A stretch of DNA of 64,000 nucleotides from a bacterium. Lineage in GTDB: Bacteria; SAR324; XYD2-FULL-50-16; G965216635. A program made the translations under genes and the position numbers. The notes beneath the pieces are model-generated. The model did no database searches, had not been told where the DNA came from, and was given only the letters and a program-made list of their open reading frames with translations. Positions 46,970 through 57,543 of the stretch are shown one piece after another; position 1 is the first letter of the stretch; the number at the start of each line of letters is the position of its first letter. The stretch covers positions 735,813 through 799,812 of the forward strand of contig OZ253454.1 of NCBI GenBank assembly GCA_965261475.1, written 5' to 3'.

Positions 46970-47914
46970 ATGAGAGAATTAAAAATACTATCTGGAAGAT
47001 CTCATAGAGATTTTGCACAGAAAATTGCTGATAAGCTAAACACGCAACTAACAGAAATAGATGCTATCAGATTTGATAATGATAATTTACTCTATCAAAT
47101 CAAAGAAAATGTGAGAGAATGTGACGTTTTTTTTATCCAAACTACATGTTTTCCAGTGCAAGAAATTATTTTTGAAAGTTTGATGATTATCAATGCTCTA
47201 AAACACGCATCTGCAGGACGTATTACTACAGTTTTGCCTTATTTTCCTTATTCTCGTTCAGATAAAAAGGATCAATCTCGTATTTGTATTACAGCACGGC
47301 TGATGGCTGATTTATTAGAAACGGCAGGCTCTAACCGTGTATTGACTATGGATTTACACTCTCCACAAATTCAAGGTTTTTTTTCTAGCCCCTGCGACCA
47401 ACTTATTGCTACCAAAACTATTTGTAATTATTTAAACAAAGAGAAAGACCTCAAAGATTATGTCCTAGTAGCAGCAGATGTAGGAAAATCTAAAACTCTA
47501 TCTAACTACACTAAATTATTAAACCTGCCTCTTGCAATTGTAGACAAACGTAGGTTAGGAAACACAGACAATATTGTCCCTACTCATTTAATCGGCAGTG
47601 TAGCAGGAAAAAATGCTTTGATTGTAGATGACGAGATAGCTACTGGTAGCACTATATGCAAAGCATCCCAATTTTTAATAAAAAAAGGAGCTAAAAAAGT
47701 CATTGTAGCAGCAGTTCACCCTGTTTTTAGCAAAAAAGTTATTGATAACCTTAACACGCATCCTATAGATGAATTAATTATTACAGATACTATTCCCTTG
47801 AATGATAAAGAAAAAAACTGCAATAAAAAAATCACTGTGTTAAGTGTAGCAGAGCTTTTTGCTAATGCTATTCAAAGAATACATGGGGGTGACTCTGTAA
47901 ATGATTTATTCTAA
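46970..47914 (+). CDS. prs: Ribose-phosphate pyrophosphokinase
   Basis: Aligns along the full length to E. coli Prs (ASAGRITTVLPYFPYSRSDKK; LIVDDEIATGST). Confidence 0.9.
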   Translation: MRELKILSGRSHRDFAQKIADKLNTQLTEIDAIRFDNDNLLYQIKENVRECDVFFIQTTCFPVQEIIFESLMIINALKHASAGRITTVLPYFPYSRSDKKDQSRICITARLMADLLETAGSNRVLTMDLHSPQIQGFFSSPCDQLIATKTICNYLNKEKDLKDYVLVAADVGKSKTLSNYTKLLNLPLAIVDKRRLGNTDNIVPTHLIGSVAGKNALIVDDEIATGSTICKASQFLIKKGAKKVIVAAVHPVFSKKVIDNLNTHPIDELIITDTIPLNDKEKNCNKKITVLSVAELFANAIQRIHGGDSVNDLF

Positions 47915-48378
47915 AACATCTTACTGTTATTTTTCTGGATATACTGTTGGTGATATACTTCTGCTTTGTAATAATTTGGTAAGATAGCTATTTCTGTAGC
48001 AATAATTTTCTTACCGTATATTTTTTCTTGTAACTCTATTTTAAAATTTTCTGCTTGTTGTAATTCTTTTTCGTTTGCTACATAAATTACAGACCTATAT
48101 TGACTTCCTAGATCTACTCCTTGTCTATTGATTTGCGTAGGATTATGGATTTTAAAAAAAAACTCCAAAATTTGCTCTAAAGAAATTTGCTTGTCTTCAA
48201 AGACTACCTTGACTACTTCGGCGTGATTAGTGTCTGTGCTACATACATCTTCGTAAGTAGGATTTTTTGTATGTCCTCCAGCGTAACCAACTTGAGTATC
48301 AATTACTCCATTTAAACTACGAAAATTTTCTTCTACACCCCAAAAACAACCAGCCCCTAACACTATTATTCTTTCCAT
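47911..48378 (-). CDS. msrA: Peptide methionine sulfoxide reductase A
   Basis: GAGCFWGVE active-site motif. Confidence 0.9.
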   Translation of the reverse strand: MERIIVLGAGCFWGVEENFRSLNGVIDTQVGYAGGHTKNPTYEDVCSTDTNHAEVVKVVFEDKQISLEQILEFFFKIHNPTQINRQGVDLGSQYRSVIYVANEKELQQAENFKIELQEKIYGKKIIATEIAILPNYYKAEVYHQQYIQKNNSKMF

Positions 48379-48446
48379 TTTGTATCTATCAATATTTTAT
48401 ACTTTTTCTGGATAATTAAAATTCTTGACATCAAGCTCTCAAACAA

Positions 48447-50135
48447 CTAGCTAGAGCTACTCTGAGAATAAGTTTCTTTATATTCCATGATCTGATCATA
48501 GTCTATTTTTTCTAATAAAATTTGAGGATCATTGATTGTATGATTCTTTAAAAAATCACACTCTCCTAATTTTTTCCAAGAGAACTCTAGTAAATCAATA
48601 TTTAAAATTTTAAATATTTTTTTTGCAAGATCTGGAACATAGGGTCCTAGCATTATGGCTAAATCTTTCAATAAAGCAACAAGAATATAAAGCAAATAAC
48701 CTACTTGCTCTTTATCTTCTTTTATTTTTTTCCAAGGCTCTTCTAATTGGAAAAGTTTATTCCCCTCACTAGCTAAAATAAAAATTTTATGAAACGCATG
48801 TTTGAGTTTTACCTTTTCTAAAGCATTGGTAATTTTATCCTCCTCTTTTAAAACTAAATCTACCCAATCTTGATAGATTGGCTGGCATCGTATTTGCGTT
48901 TTATTTGTTACAAAAAGTTTTTTATCAAAATTTTTTTGGATAAAACTAGTAATCCTATTTAATAAATTACCTACATTATCAATAAGCTGGCTATGTACTT
49001 CCTGATGGAATTTTTTCCAATCAAACACAGAATCAGAAGTCTCTGGTCTGTTATACAATAAATAAAATCTCCAAATATCAGCAGGCAATCCTATATCTAT
49101 AACATCGTCACCAAAAACTCCTATTTTTTCTGATTTAGAAAATTTACTGTCCTCGTAATTTAAATACTCACAGCTATTGATATGAAATAATGTTGTCCAT
49201 GCCTTTTCTTTGTAGCCAAGCTGCATTGCTGGCAATAATATAGTATGAAAAATAATATTATCTTTTGCCATAAATTGATAGAGTTGTACGTCCTTATTGA
49301 GCCACCAATTTTTCCACTCTTTAGGTAAATATTCCTTACTTGCAGAAATATATCCTAAAACTGCATCAAACCAAACATAAAAAACTTTGCCTTCAAACCC
49401 GTCTTTAGGAACAGGAACCCCCCACTTTAAATCCCTAGAAATCGGTCTAGCGTACAATTTGGTTTCTAGTAATTTTTTTGTTGTTTGTAGTGCATTATTA
49501 GACCATAAACCTCGCTCGTTACTTGCTAAAAAGAATTTATTTAGTGCTGAATGTAATTTTTCTAAATCAAAATACAAGTGTTTTGTAGTTTTTCTAATAG
49601 GGCTAGTTTTACAAATTTTACACTTGATTGCTTTTAAGCTATTGCTATCTAGTAATTTACCGCACTGGTCGCATTGATCACCCTTAGCTTTGGTGTATTC
49701 GCAATAAGAGCAAATACCCTCTATAAACCTATCTGCTAAAAAAATTTTATCTTGTTTGCAATAAAATTGCTTTGTTTCTTGCTCAAAAATATAACCTTCT
49801 TTTTCTAGTGCTAAAAAAAATTCTTGAGTAACTTGGGTATGAGAGGCAGAGGATGTTTTCCCAAAATAGTCGAATTTAATATTAAAAAAATCGTAAACTT
49901 TTTTGTGAATTTGTCGGAATTGATTGCAAACCTCTTCTGGAGTAGAATTCATTTCTAGCGCTTTTATTTCTGTTGCAGTGCCATACTCGTCAGTAGCGCA
50001 GATATAGAGAGTAGCATAATCTTGTAATCTACAAAACCTAGCATAAACATCAGCAGATAAAACAGAACCAATTAAATTGCCTAGGTGAGGAACATTGTTA
50101 ACATAAGGCAAAGAAGATGTAATCAATTTTTTCAT
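48447..50135 (-). CDS. metG: Methionyl-tRNA synthetase
   Basis: HIGH-region PYVNNVPHLGNLIG, zinc knuckle CSYCEYTKAKGDQCDQCGK, and KFSKS (KMSKS). Confidence 0.9.
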   Translation of the reverse strand: MKKLITSSLPYVNNVPHLGNLIGSVLSADVYARFCRLQDYATLYICATDEYGTATEIKALEMNSTPEEVCNQFRQIHKKVYDFFNIKFDYFGKTSSASHTQVTQEFFLALEKEGYIFEQETKQFYCKQDKIFLADRFIEGICSYCEYTKAKGDQCDQCGKLLDSNSLKAIKCKICKTSPIRKTTKHLYFDLEKLHSALNKFFLASNERGLWSNNALQTTKKLLETKLYARPISRDLKWGVPVPKDGFEGKVFYVWFDAVLGYISASKEYLPKEWKNWWLNKDVQLYQFMAKDNIIFHTILLPAMQLGYKEKAWTTLFHINSCEYLNYEDSKFSKSEKIGVFGDDVIDIGLPADIWRFYLLYNRPETSDSVFDWKKFHQEVHSQLIDNVGNLLNRITSFIQKNFDKKLFVTNKTQIRCQPIYQDWVDLVLKEEDKITNALEKVKLKHAFHKIFILASEGNKLFQLEEPWKKIKEDKEQVGYLLYILVALLKDLAIMLGPYVPDLAKKIFKILNIDLLEFSWKKLGECDFLKNHTINDPQILLEKIDYDQIMEYKETYSQSSSS

Positions 50136-50565
50136 AAAAATTTCTAACTATTTTGAGTAAAATATCTGAAACCTATAGCCAACAAGCTAGTAGTAAAATA
50201 TATAAATACTACTAGCACTTTATAATCTTAAATACTACATTGATATTTTTAGTAAATCAAGCCTGAGTATCAAAGCAAAAAGTGTCTTACTAAAGATACA
50301 AAAAATACATTATATTTTAGATAAATATTACAGAAAAATGATCTAATAGAGTTAAAAAAATTATTTTTGAAGATAGTTACAAAAAATTTAACAATACAAA
50401 ACATTAAAAATAATTTTTAAACTTTTACAAAAAATTAACAAAAATTATTGCAAAGGCACTAAATCTCTGTTAGAGATAAAGAACAGTGAGCCGAGCCAAA
50501 TAACTCTAAATATAAGTTATTATTAGGTAACGCCGTAGGCGCGTAAATTATTATTCGTAAAAGAT

Positions 50566-50997
50566 ATGAAACTGTACCTTGGTTGTGATCACGCTGGGCT
50601 TGAATTAAAGCACGCTATCAAGAGCTACCTAGAAACAAACAAAATAAGTTATCAAGACATAGGTTGTTATTCTACAGAAAAAACCGATTATCCTGATATA
50701 GCTCAAGCTCTAGCTCAAAAAGTGTTAAAAAACGAAGAAAACAAAGGAATACTGATTTGTGGTACTGGAATAGGAGTTAGTATTAGTGCCAACCGTTTCC
50801 CTAAGATTTATGCTGCACTTTGCTCAGATACCTATAGTGCAAAAATGGCTAGATTACACAACAATGCTAATATTTTGGCTTTAGGAGCAAGAATTTTAAC
50901 CAAAGAAGATACGTTAGAAATCTTAGATATCTGGCTCAAAACAGATTTTGAAGGAAAAAGACATTCTCTAAGAATACAAAAAATTGACAATCAATAA
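50566..50997 (+). CDS. rpiB: Ribose-5-phosphate isomerase B
   Basis: LGCDHAGLELK N-terminus and ILICGTGIGVSISANR. Confidence 0.85.
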   Translation: MKLYLGCDHAGLELKHAIKSYLETNKISYQDIGCYSTEKTDYPDIAQALAQKVLKNEENKGILICGTGIGVSISANRFPKIYAALCSDTYSAKMARLHNNANILALGARILTKEDTLEILDIWLKTDFEGKRHSLRIQKIDNQ

Positions 50998-51007
50998 TTA
51001 AATAAAA

Positions 51008-52258
51008 ATGAAAAAAAACTTAACAGATTTTGACGCCGAAGTTTTTAAGGCTATTCAAAGCGAAAAAAAAAGACAATTAGACAACTTGGAACTCATTGCA
51101 TCTGAAAATATTATTTCTCATAGAGTAAGAGAAGCGAATGCTTCTGTATTAACTAACAAATATGCAGAAGGCTATCCTGACAAACGATATTATGCTGGGT
51201 GCGAGTTTGTAGATATTACAGAATCTTTAGCAATTGAAAGAGCAAAAAAACTTTTTAGAGCCAACCATGTCAATGTGCAAGCGCACTCTGGCTCTCAGGC
51301 AAATATGGCGGTTTATTTTAGCGTCTTACAAGCAGGAGATACAGTCTTAGGGATGGATTTATCTCAAGGAGGTCACCTTACACATGGTTCAAAAGTCAAT
51401 TTTTCTGGATTTTTGTTTAAAAGCTTTTTTTATGGCGTAGATCCCAAAACCCATCTTATTGACTATGAAGAGCTAAGACAAATAGCTCTAAAAGTAAGAC
51501 CAAAACTTATTATAGCAGGTGCTAGCGCCTACCCTAGAGTAATAGATTTTGCAAAATTTCGTAAAATTGCAGACGAAGCAGGGGCTGACTTGCTTTGTGA
51601 TATTGCTCATATTGCAGGTCTTGTTGTTACAGGTCATCATCCTTCTTCAGTGCCTTACGCAGATTTTACTACTACTACAACGCATAAAACTCTAAGAGGT
51701 CCAAGAGGCGGCTTAATCATACCCTCCGATGAAAAAGCAAAGAAAATTAATTCTAGAATTTTTCCAGGTATTCAAGGCGGTCCTTTGTGTCATACTATAG
51801 CAGCTAAAGCTGTAGCTTTTAAGGAGGCACTACAACCATCATTTTACAATTATATCAATCAAGTAGTCAAAAATGCCAAAGTACTTGGAGACACATTAAT
51901 GTCTATTGGTTATGAGCTAGTATCAAAGGGAACTGATAACCATTTATTACTACTAGATTTATCCAATACTGAAATTACAGGAGCGGAGGCTTCTGATATT
52001 CTAGATAGATGTCATATTACTGTCAATAAAAATACAGTTCCCAATGAAAAAAGAAGTCCTATGATAACTAGTGGCATACGACTAGGAAGTCCCGCACTAA
52101 CTACTAGGGGCATGAAAGAAGCAGAAATGAAAAAGGTAGCGTTTTTTATTCACCAAGTCCTAGAAAACAGAAACAACGAAACTATGCTAAATAAAATAAG
52201 TAGTGAAATTAAAGAATTTTCTAATACTTTTACAGATTTTCAAGATACTATTGCTTGA
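51008..52258 (+). CDS. glyA: Serine hydroxymethyltransferase
   Basis: [17 protein letters not shown]-lysine motif. Confidence 0.95.
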   Translation: MKKNLTDFDAEVFKAIQSEKKRQLDNLELIASENIISHRVREANASVLTNKYAEGYPDKRYYAGCEFVDITESLAIERAKKLFRANHVNVQAHSGSQANMAVYFSVLQAGDTVLGMDLSQGGHLTHGSKVNFSGFLFKSFFYGVDPKTHLIDYEELRQIALKVRPKLIIAGASAYPRVIDFAKFRKIADEAGADLLCDIAHIAGLVVTGHHPSSVPYADFTTTTTHKTLRGPRGGLIIPSDEKAKKINSRIFPGIQGGPLCHTIAAKAVAFKEALQPSFYNYINQVVKNAKVLGDTLMSIGYELVSKGTDNHLLLLDLSNTEITGAEASDILDRCHITVNKNTVPNEKRSPMITSGIRLGSPALTTRGMKEAEMKKVAFFIHQVLENRNNETMLNKISSEIKEFSNTFTDFQDTIA

Positions 52259-52938
52259 TGGGGTTGATGAGACTGTAAAAAAGCGATAATAGCGTCCAGA
52301 GCTCCACTATCTACCGTTTGACTAAGGCTTTCTTGAGCATTTTGCAATACTTCTTTTGGTATGTGCTCCTGTTTTTCTGCTATCAATTTCGCGACAAACT
52401 TTGGGTTAAATTCCGGGTGTTGTTGGATAGATAAAGCATTGTTTTTATATCTAAGCATAGCATTTTGGCAAAAATCTGTACTACCTATGACTGTAGCTTC
52501 TTTGGGAACTTCTACTACTTGGTCTTGATAAAAAGATAAAATAGAAACAGGATGTTTGTTTTTATATATATTGAGCTCCTCAAAACCAACTTTCCATCCT
52601 CCTTGGAATTTTTCTACTTTTCCTCCTAGAGCTTGAGCTAAAATTTGATGCCCAAAACAAATACCTACAATAGGAATTTTTTGATAATAAATTTTTCTAA
52701 TCAGTAATTTTAGACTTGCTATCCAAGAAAGATTTTCGTATGCTCCGTGTTTGGAGCCCGTAATAATCCAAGCATCTTTTTCATCTGGATAACTAGGAAA
52801 AATATTGTCAATAACCGCAAAAGTAGTAAAACAAAACCCATAACCACCGAGCAGCTTCTCGAACATACTATTGTAATCTCCGTATGTTTCTTTGAGTGTG
52901 TTGGGAGCGTGCCCTGCCTGCAAAATACCTATATTCAT
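52240..52938 (-). CDS. Class I glutamine amidotransferase-like protein
   Basis: GICFGHQ nucleophile elbow and a downstream His/Glu. Confidence 0.7.
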   Translation of the reverse strand: MNIGILQAGHAPNTLKETYGDYNSMFEKLLGGYGFCFTTFAVIDNIFPSYPDEKDAWIITGSKHGAYENLSWIASLKLLIRKIYYQKIPIVGICFGHQILAQALGGKVEKFQGGWKVGFEELNIYKNKHPVSILSFYQDQVVEVPKEATVIGSTDFCQNAMLRYKNNALSIQQHPEFNPKFVAKLIAEKQEHIPKEVLQNAQESLSQTVDSGALDAIIAFLQSHQPHQAIVS

Positions 52939-53078
52939 AATCTTATTATGCTAGTATAAATAAATTTAAATCAAATTATATTTTATTGCCTAGTAAGCAA
53001 ACTTACAGTGTAGAGCGTATTTTAATAATTACTCTAAAACTAAAATAATCTTGCTGTACGAGAGTTTTTTGAGATCAA

Positions 53079-53945
53079 TTATGCTGGAAGCTCGCAGTCT
53101 AATGTAGAGCGACCCATAACTCCTTGACGAAAATCCGTAAATATTCTTTGATACAAACCATTGTCTGAAACTCTATATCTTTCTTTAATTTTTGCTAAAA
53201 CAGTAGAACAATTTATTGTTTGAAGTTTATATTTGATACAAACTATCTTCCTAAATTCCTCACAAGTCTCAAAAAGATATTGAAAAGAAATAGGCTCTAA
53301 TTCTGCGTTTTCTTTTACTGCATAAGTAGCATAAAATTTATGAGCTTCTTCTTCTTTTTGAATAAATGGCGGTAAAATACCAGGAGTATCTAAAATTTCT
53401 ATCTTATGCGGTAGTTTTACCCATTGACTATGAACAGTAATACCGGGTTTAGAGCCAGTATGAGTTTTTTTATTGCCTACGAGATAATTTATAATAGTTG
53501 ATTTTCCTGTATTTGGCAAACCTAGCACCATTATTCTAATAGCTGGAGGTTGTATATTTTTGCTTTTGTATTTACAAGCAATCTGCTGTTGTATTTTTTG
53601 AATAGCGATTTTTAGTTTATGTAAATTTTTTTTTTCTTTCAGAGAGATAAACAAACAATTTTGTTTTTGTTTTTGATAATAATTAAACCATTTTTGATTC
53701 CATTTTGGATTGGCTAAGTCAGATTTATTAAAGAGTATTATAGAATGTTTTTCTTTTTTGTTAATTTGTAAACTACTGTTTTGAGAAGTATAAGGAATTC
53801 TAGCATCATAAACTTCTAGCAATAAATCTACTTTTTTTAAGTAATCTGCAATAACTTGCATAGTGTTTTTGATATGCCTAGGATAATCGAATTTTAACAG
53901 ATGATTCTTATAAGATTTTTCTTCAAGCATTTTTTTTATCAGCAA
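53079..53945 (-). CDS. rbgA: Ribosome biogenesis GTPase A (YlqF/RbgA, circularly permuted GTPase)
   Basis: G4 FNKSDL precedes G1 GLPNTGKST and G3 DTPG. Confidence 0.7.
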   Translation of the reverse strand: MLIKKMLEEKSYKNHLLKFDYPRHIKNTMQVIADYLKKVDLLLEVYDARIPYTSQNSSLQINKKEKHSIILFNKSDLANPKWNQKWFNYYQKQKQNCLFISLKEKKNLHKLKIAIQKIQQQIACKYKSKNIQPPAIRIMVLGLPNTGKSTIINYLVGNKKTHTGSKPGITVHSQWVKLPHKIEILDTPGILPPFIQKEEEAHKFYATYAVKENAELEPISFQYLFETCEEFRKIVCIKYKLQTINCSTVLAKIKERYRVSDNGLYQRIFTDFRQGVMGRSTLDCELPA

Positions 53946-55452
53946 AAAAATCTAAAACTACTTTTTTATCAGAAAAATAATTTTTTTTATTCCCTACAAT
54001 TTGATAAGCTTCGCATCCTTTTCCTGCAATCAAAACAAGATCGCTGGGTTTTGCCATTTGTAGAGCAAAATAAATAGCTTGCTTTCTATCTTTGATAACA
54101 AAAGTTGTATTTTGTTTTTGAGACGGAATTCCCTCCTGAATAGCTGCTAAAATATCCTCATCCGATTCTGTTCTAGGGTTGTCGCTAGTAAGAACTACAA
54201 AATCACTGAATTTTGCTGCTATTTTTCCCATAATAGGGCGTTTTTTTTTATCTCTATCTCCTCCGCAACCAAATAATGTTATGAGTTTTTTTTGTTTTTC
54301 TATTATATTTTGACGAATAGTAGTTAGAACATGTTCTAAAGAATCTGCAGTATGTGCGTAATCTACAAAAACATGTATGCCAAAGTTATTTGATATTTTC
54401 TCAAACCTACCTGATATATTAGTAATTTTTTCTAGATGACAAATGATTTTCTCTACTGGAAACCCGAATAAATAACAGCTACAAAAAGTAGCTAGCGAAT
54501 TATAAATATTAAACAAACCTGCTATTTGGAATCTCATAGTGCCAAGATAGTCGCCACGATAAAAAATACTATAGTGGCTACTGCTATTATTCATAACTAA
54601 AATTTTTGCAAAAAAATCTGCATTCTGGTTTTTGACGCTATAAGTATAAATTTTTCTGCGAGTTGATTTAATCACAATTTCACAAAATTCTTGACACATA
54701 GCATCATCTTTATTGATCAGAGTTATCACAGATTTTTTTTGTTGTCTTAAGCGATAAAAATAATCTAGTTTGGATTGCTTATAGTTTTCCCAAGAAAGAT
54801 GAAAATCCAAGTGATCTGATGTTAAATTAGTAAAAATTAACAAATCAAACTCTAAAGACGCCGTTCTTTGAAAATTACTAGCATGACTAGTAACTTCTAT
54901 AACTAGATAGGATAAATCCCCGATAGCAGATAAATTTTGATATAATTCTAAAATAGGCGGAGTAGTTAGAGCCGTATCAATGTTTTTATTAGCATACTGA
55001 ATACCTAGTGTTCCTACTGAAGCAGTATTTTGCTGAAAAGCAGTCAAAACACTAGCTAGCAATTGATTAGTAGTAGTCTTGCCGTTGGTGCCTGTAATGC
55101 CTATAATTTTTGTGCTTTTAAAAGGATTTTGAAAAAATTTTCTTGCTATTAAAGCCATAGCTAAATACTCGTCTAGCACTTTTATCCACACTACATTCTT
55201 TGGAATTGTTAGTGCTAATTTATTATTACTAACTACAACTATTGCTCCTTTTTTAATTGCTTGTGGATAACTTGTGAGAGGATGAGGAATATTCAGATCC
55301 ACAAATTCTTCCTTACTAATACAAAAAAATAAACTATTAGGAGTTATTTTGCGATAATCCATCTCCAGCTTCTCAATAACACAATCACAAAAATTGATTT
55401 TTTGAACAATTAAATCAGCAATGCTCTCCAAAAGAGAAGTCAATTTTATCAT
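53923..55452 (-). CDS. murE: UDP-N-acetylmuramoyl-L-alanyl-D-glutamate--2,6-diaminopimelate ligase
   Basis: GITGTNGKTTT P-loop and DNPR motif (SDNPRTES). Confidence 0.9.
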   Translation of the reverse strand: MIKLTSLLESIADLIVQKINFCDCVIEKLEMDYRKITPNSLFFCISKEEFVDLNIPHPLTSYPQAIKKGAIVVVSNNKLALTIPKNVVWIKVLDEYLAMALIARKFFQNPFKSTKIIGITGTNGKTTTNQLLASVLTAFQQNTASVGTLGIQYANKNIDTALTTPPILELYQNLSAIGDLSYLVIEVTSHASNFQRTASLEFDLLIFTNLTSDHLDFHLSWENYKQSKLDYFYRLRQQKKSVITLINKDDAMCQEFCEIVIKSTRRKIYTYSVKNQNADFFAKILVMNNSSSHYSIFYRGDYLGTMRFQIAGLFNIYNSLATFCSCYLFGFPVEKIICHLEKITNISGRFEKISNNFGIHVFVDYAHTADSLEHVLTTIRQNIIEKQKKLITLFGCGGDRDKKKRPIMGKIAAKFSDFVVLTSDNPRTESDEDILAAIQEGIPSQKQNTTFVIKDRKQAIYFALQMAKPSDLVLIAGKGCEAYQIVGNKKNYFSDKKVVLDFFADKKNA

Positions 55453-55454
55453 AC

Positions 55455-56819
55455 TTAAGATATATAACGCAGTACTCGTGATGCTAATGCAAAAATAAAG
55501 AAAAAACCCATTATGTCGGTAAGTGTAGTCAATATTGGGCTAGAAGCAATTGCTGGGTCAATTTTAAAAAACTTTAAAATAATAGGTATAGCACTCCCCA
55601 AACAAACTGCTATCACAGTATTTAGCGCTAGCGATACACCTACTACAAACCCTAAATACAAATTACCTTTCCAAAGTATAGCAATGAGAGCTAAGATCCC
55701 TCCTAAAATTAACCCGTTGATACAACCTACAATAACCTCTTTAGATAAAACTTTCAATATTTCCCTAGGAGAGATCAAGCCTAAAGAAATTTCTCTTAAT
55801 GTTACTGCTACGGATTGATTGCCAGAGCAACCACTCATATCAGAAACAATAGGTAAAAACACCGCTAAAGTAATAGCTTGTGCGAGTGTATCTTCATAGG
55901 CAATAATCACACTAGCTGCTAAAAAGTTTAATAAAATGTTAATAACTAACCAAGAAAGTCTTTTAGCAGATCTCTGATAAATAGGTTGCGAGCGGAATTC
56001 CTCGCCCCCGAGAATACCTGTTAATTTGAGAACTTCTTGAGCTGTTTCCTTTTGTAAAAAATGATCTACAGATGCTCTAGTTATTACTCCAGATAATTTT
56101 TTTTTCTGGTCTAAAACAGGAAATGCTATAAAATTATACTCCTTAAAATAATTTTTAATTTGCTCTATTTTCGTATCAACTGCGATACTAATAATGTCTT
56201 TTTTAATAAGTTTGCGCAAAGGAGTTTGAGAAGGTGTTAACAACAAACTACGAATAGGAATAATTCCCTGTAAATTATCATACTCATCTACAATATAGGT
56301 ATATTGGACATTGTAATTTTTGTAAGACTCTGCGTACTTTTCTAGATCTTTTCTAATATCATTGACTGTGCCCTTGATATTATATTTTAAATATTCCCTA
56401 ATCATTAGACCGCCCGCAATATCATCTGCAAAAGCAATAGCTGCAGATACAGTCTTTTTGATACGAGACGGCAAATACCCTATAATTTCTTGGGCTACGT
56501 GTAAATTAAAACATTTTAAAATATCTACTTGCAGGTCACTTGAAAAATAATTTAAAAGCGTCGCAGAATGTTTTCTTTTTAATTTTACAAGTATTCTATA
56601 AATCTCTTTAGTATCTGGGCTAGAGCTCAAAATAGATGCAGAAGTTCTATAGGGTAAGCTACCAAAAAAAATAACCCTTTGCTCCCTAGAAAGATAAGAG
56701 AGTAAATTGTGTAAATCTTGATAGTGTTTTACTCTGACAAAATTTTTAATTTTACTTTTTTCTCCGTTATCAATAATTTTTGCTAAATAAAGAAATTCTT
56801 CTTTAGAAAAATTATCCAT
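55455..56819 (-). CDS. mgtE: Magnesium transporter MgtE
   Basis: N-terminal MgtE-N domain, tandem CBS, and a C-terminal five-TM domain. Confidence 0.85.
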   Translation of the reverse strand: MDNFSKEEFLYLAKIIDNGEKSKIKNFVRVKHYQDLHNLLSYLSREQRVIFFGSLPYRTSASILSSSPDTKEIYRILVKLKRKHSATLLNYFSSDLQVDILKCFNLHVAQEIIGYLPSRIKKTVSAAIAFADDIAGGLMIREYLKYNIKGTVNDIRKDLEKYAESYKNYNVQYTYIVDEYDNLQGIIPIRSLLLTPSQTPLRKLIKKDIISIAVDTKIEQIKNYFKEYNFIAFPVLDQKKKLSGVITRASVDHFLQKETAQEVLKLTGILGGEEFRSQPIYQRSAKRLSWLVINILLNFLAASVIIAYEDTLAQAITLAVFLPIVSDMSGCSGNQSVAVTLREISLGLISPREILKVLSKEVIVGCINGLILGGILALIAILWKGNLYLGFVVGVSLALNTVIAVCLGSAIPIILKFFKIDPAIASSPILTTLTDIMGFFFIFALASRVLRYIS

Positions 56820-57339
56820 AATCTTTTTGTAATTGTAGAGAATAACTATGTATTTTTTCTAGTAAAGAAAGAACTAGTTTCTTAGAAATATATAAGCGTT
56901 GAGCCTGAAGCGCCCTATCTTCTAGAAGCACTTGCCACCTCTTATTATCAAGTACTACTAAATTTTTATTTTTTTTGAAACAACCTATCTGATTAACCAA
57001 TAAAAAGCGATTCAGTAAGATAAAATAGATATTAGCGTCTATAGATTGCAGATAAGAGATAAAAAAATTTATTGAAAATATTTGAATACTGCCAGTTTCT
57101 AAATGGCAATCAAAATTCAAAAAATCCAAGAACCATTTTTTAGAAATTAAAGAATTGTAATCTCTGTTTTTATTTGAGTAATCAATTTTTTGATAAGCAT
57201 TTTTTAGTAAATCATCATTGTCTGGAAAAGAAATTTTGATATTTTGTATTCCATCTATTTTTTCCCTTAAAAAAAATAAAAATTGAGCATCAAAAAAATC
57301 AATTTTTTTTCTGTAAAATTCTAATAAATTGTCTTTCAC
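56812..57339 (-). CDS. Hypothetical protein; the N-terminus is faintly chorismate-mutase-like
   Basis: LEFYRKKIDFFDAQFLFFLREKIDGI loosely resembles the AroQ helix-1 pattern. Overlaps the mgtE start by 8 nt. Confidence 0.35.
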   Translation of the reverse strand: MKDNLLEFYRKKIDFFDAQFLFFLREKIDGIQNIKISFPDNDDLLKNAYQKIDYSNKNRDYNSLISKKWFLDFLNFDCHLETGSIQIFSINFFISYLQSIDANIYFILLNRFLLVNQIGCFKKNKNLVVLDNKRWQVLLEDRALQAQRLYISKKLVLSLLEKIHSYSLQLQKDYG

Positions 57340-57436
57340 ACTGCCTCCTTAATAAAATTTGATATTACTACAATAAATCCTACTCTAGATATTCTACAAT
57401 GTATTGAATAATAATATTTTTATTTAATTAACACTC

Positions 57437-57510
57437 TCGAGGTGGCGGGATTTGAACCCACGACCCCATGTCCCCCAGACATGTGCGCTACCTAGCTGCG
57501 CTACACCTCG
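57437..57510 (-). tRNA. tRNA-Pro (anticodon GGG)
   Basis: Cloverleaf folded by hand. Acceptor CGAGGTG/CACCTCG, D-stem GCGC/GCGC, anticodon stem CATGT/ACATG with loop CTGGGGG (U33, GGG at 34-36), T-stem GTGGG/CCCGC with T-loop TTCAAAT. No encoded CCA. Confidence 0.8.
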
Positions 57511-57543
57511 TTTTTATAAACTCTATAATAAATTGCACTCAAA

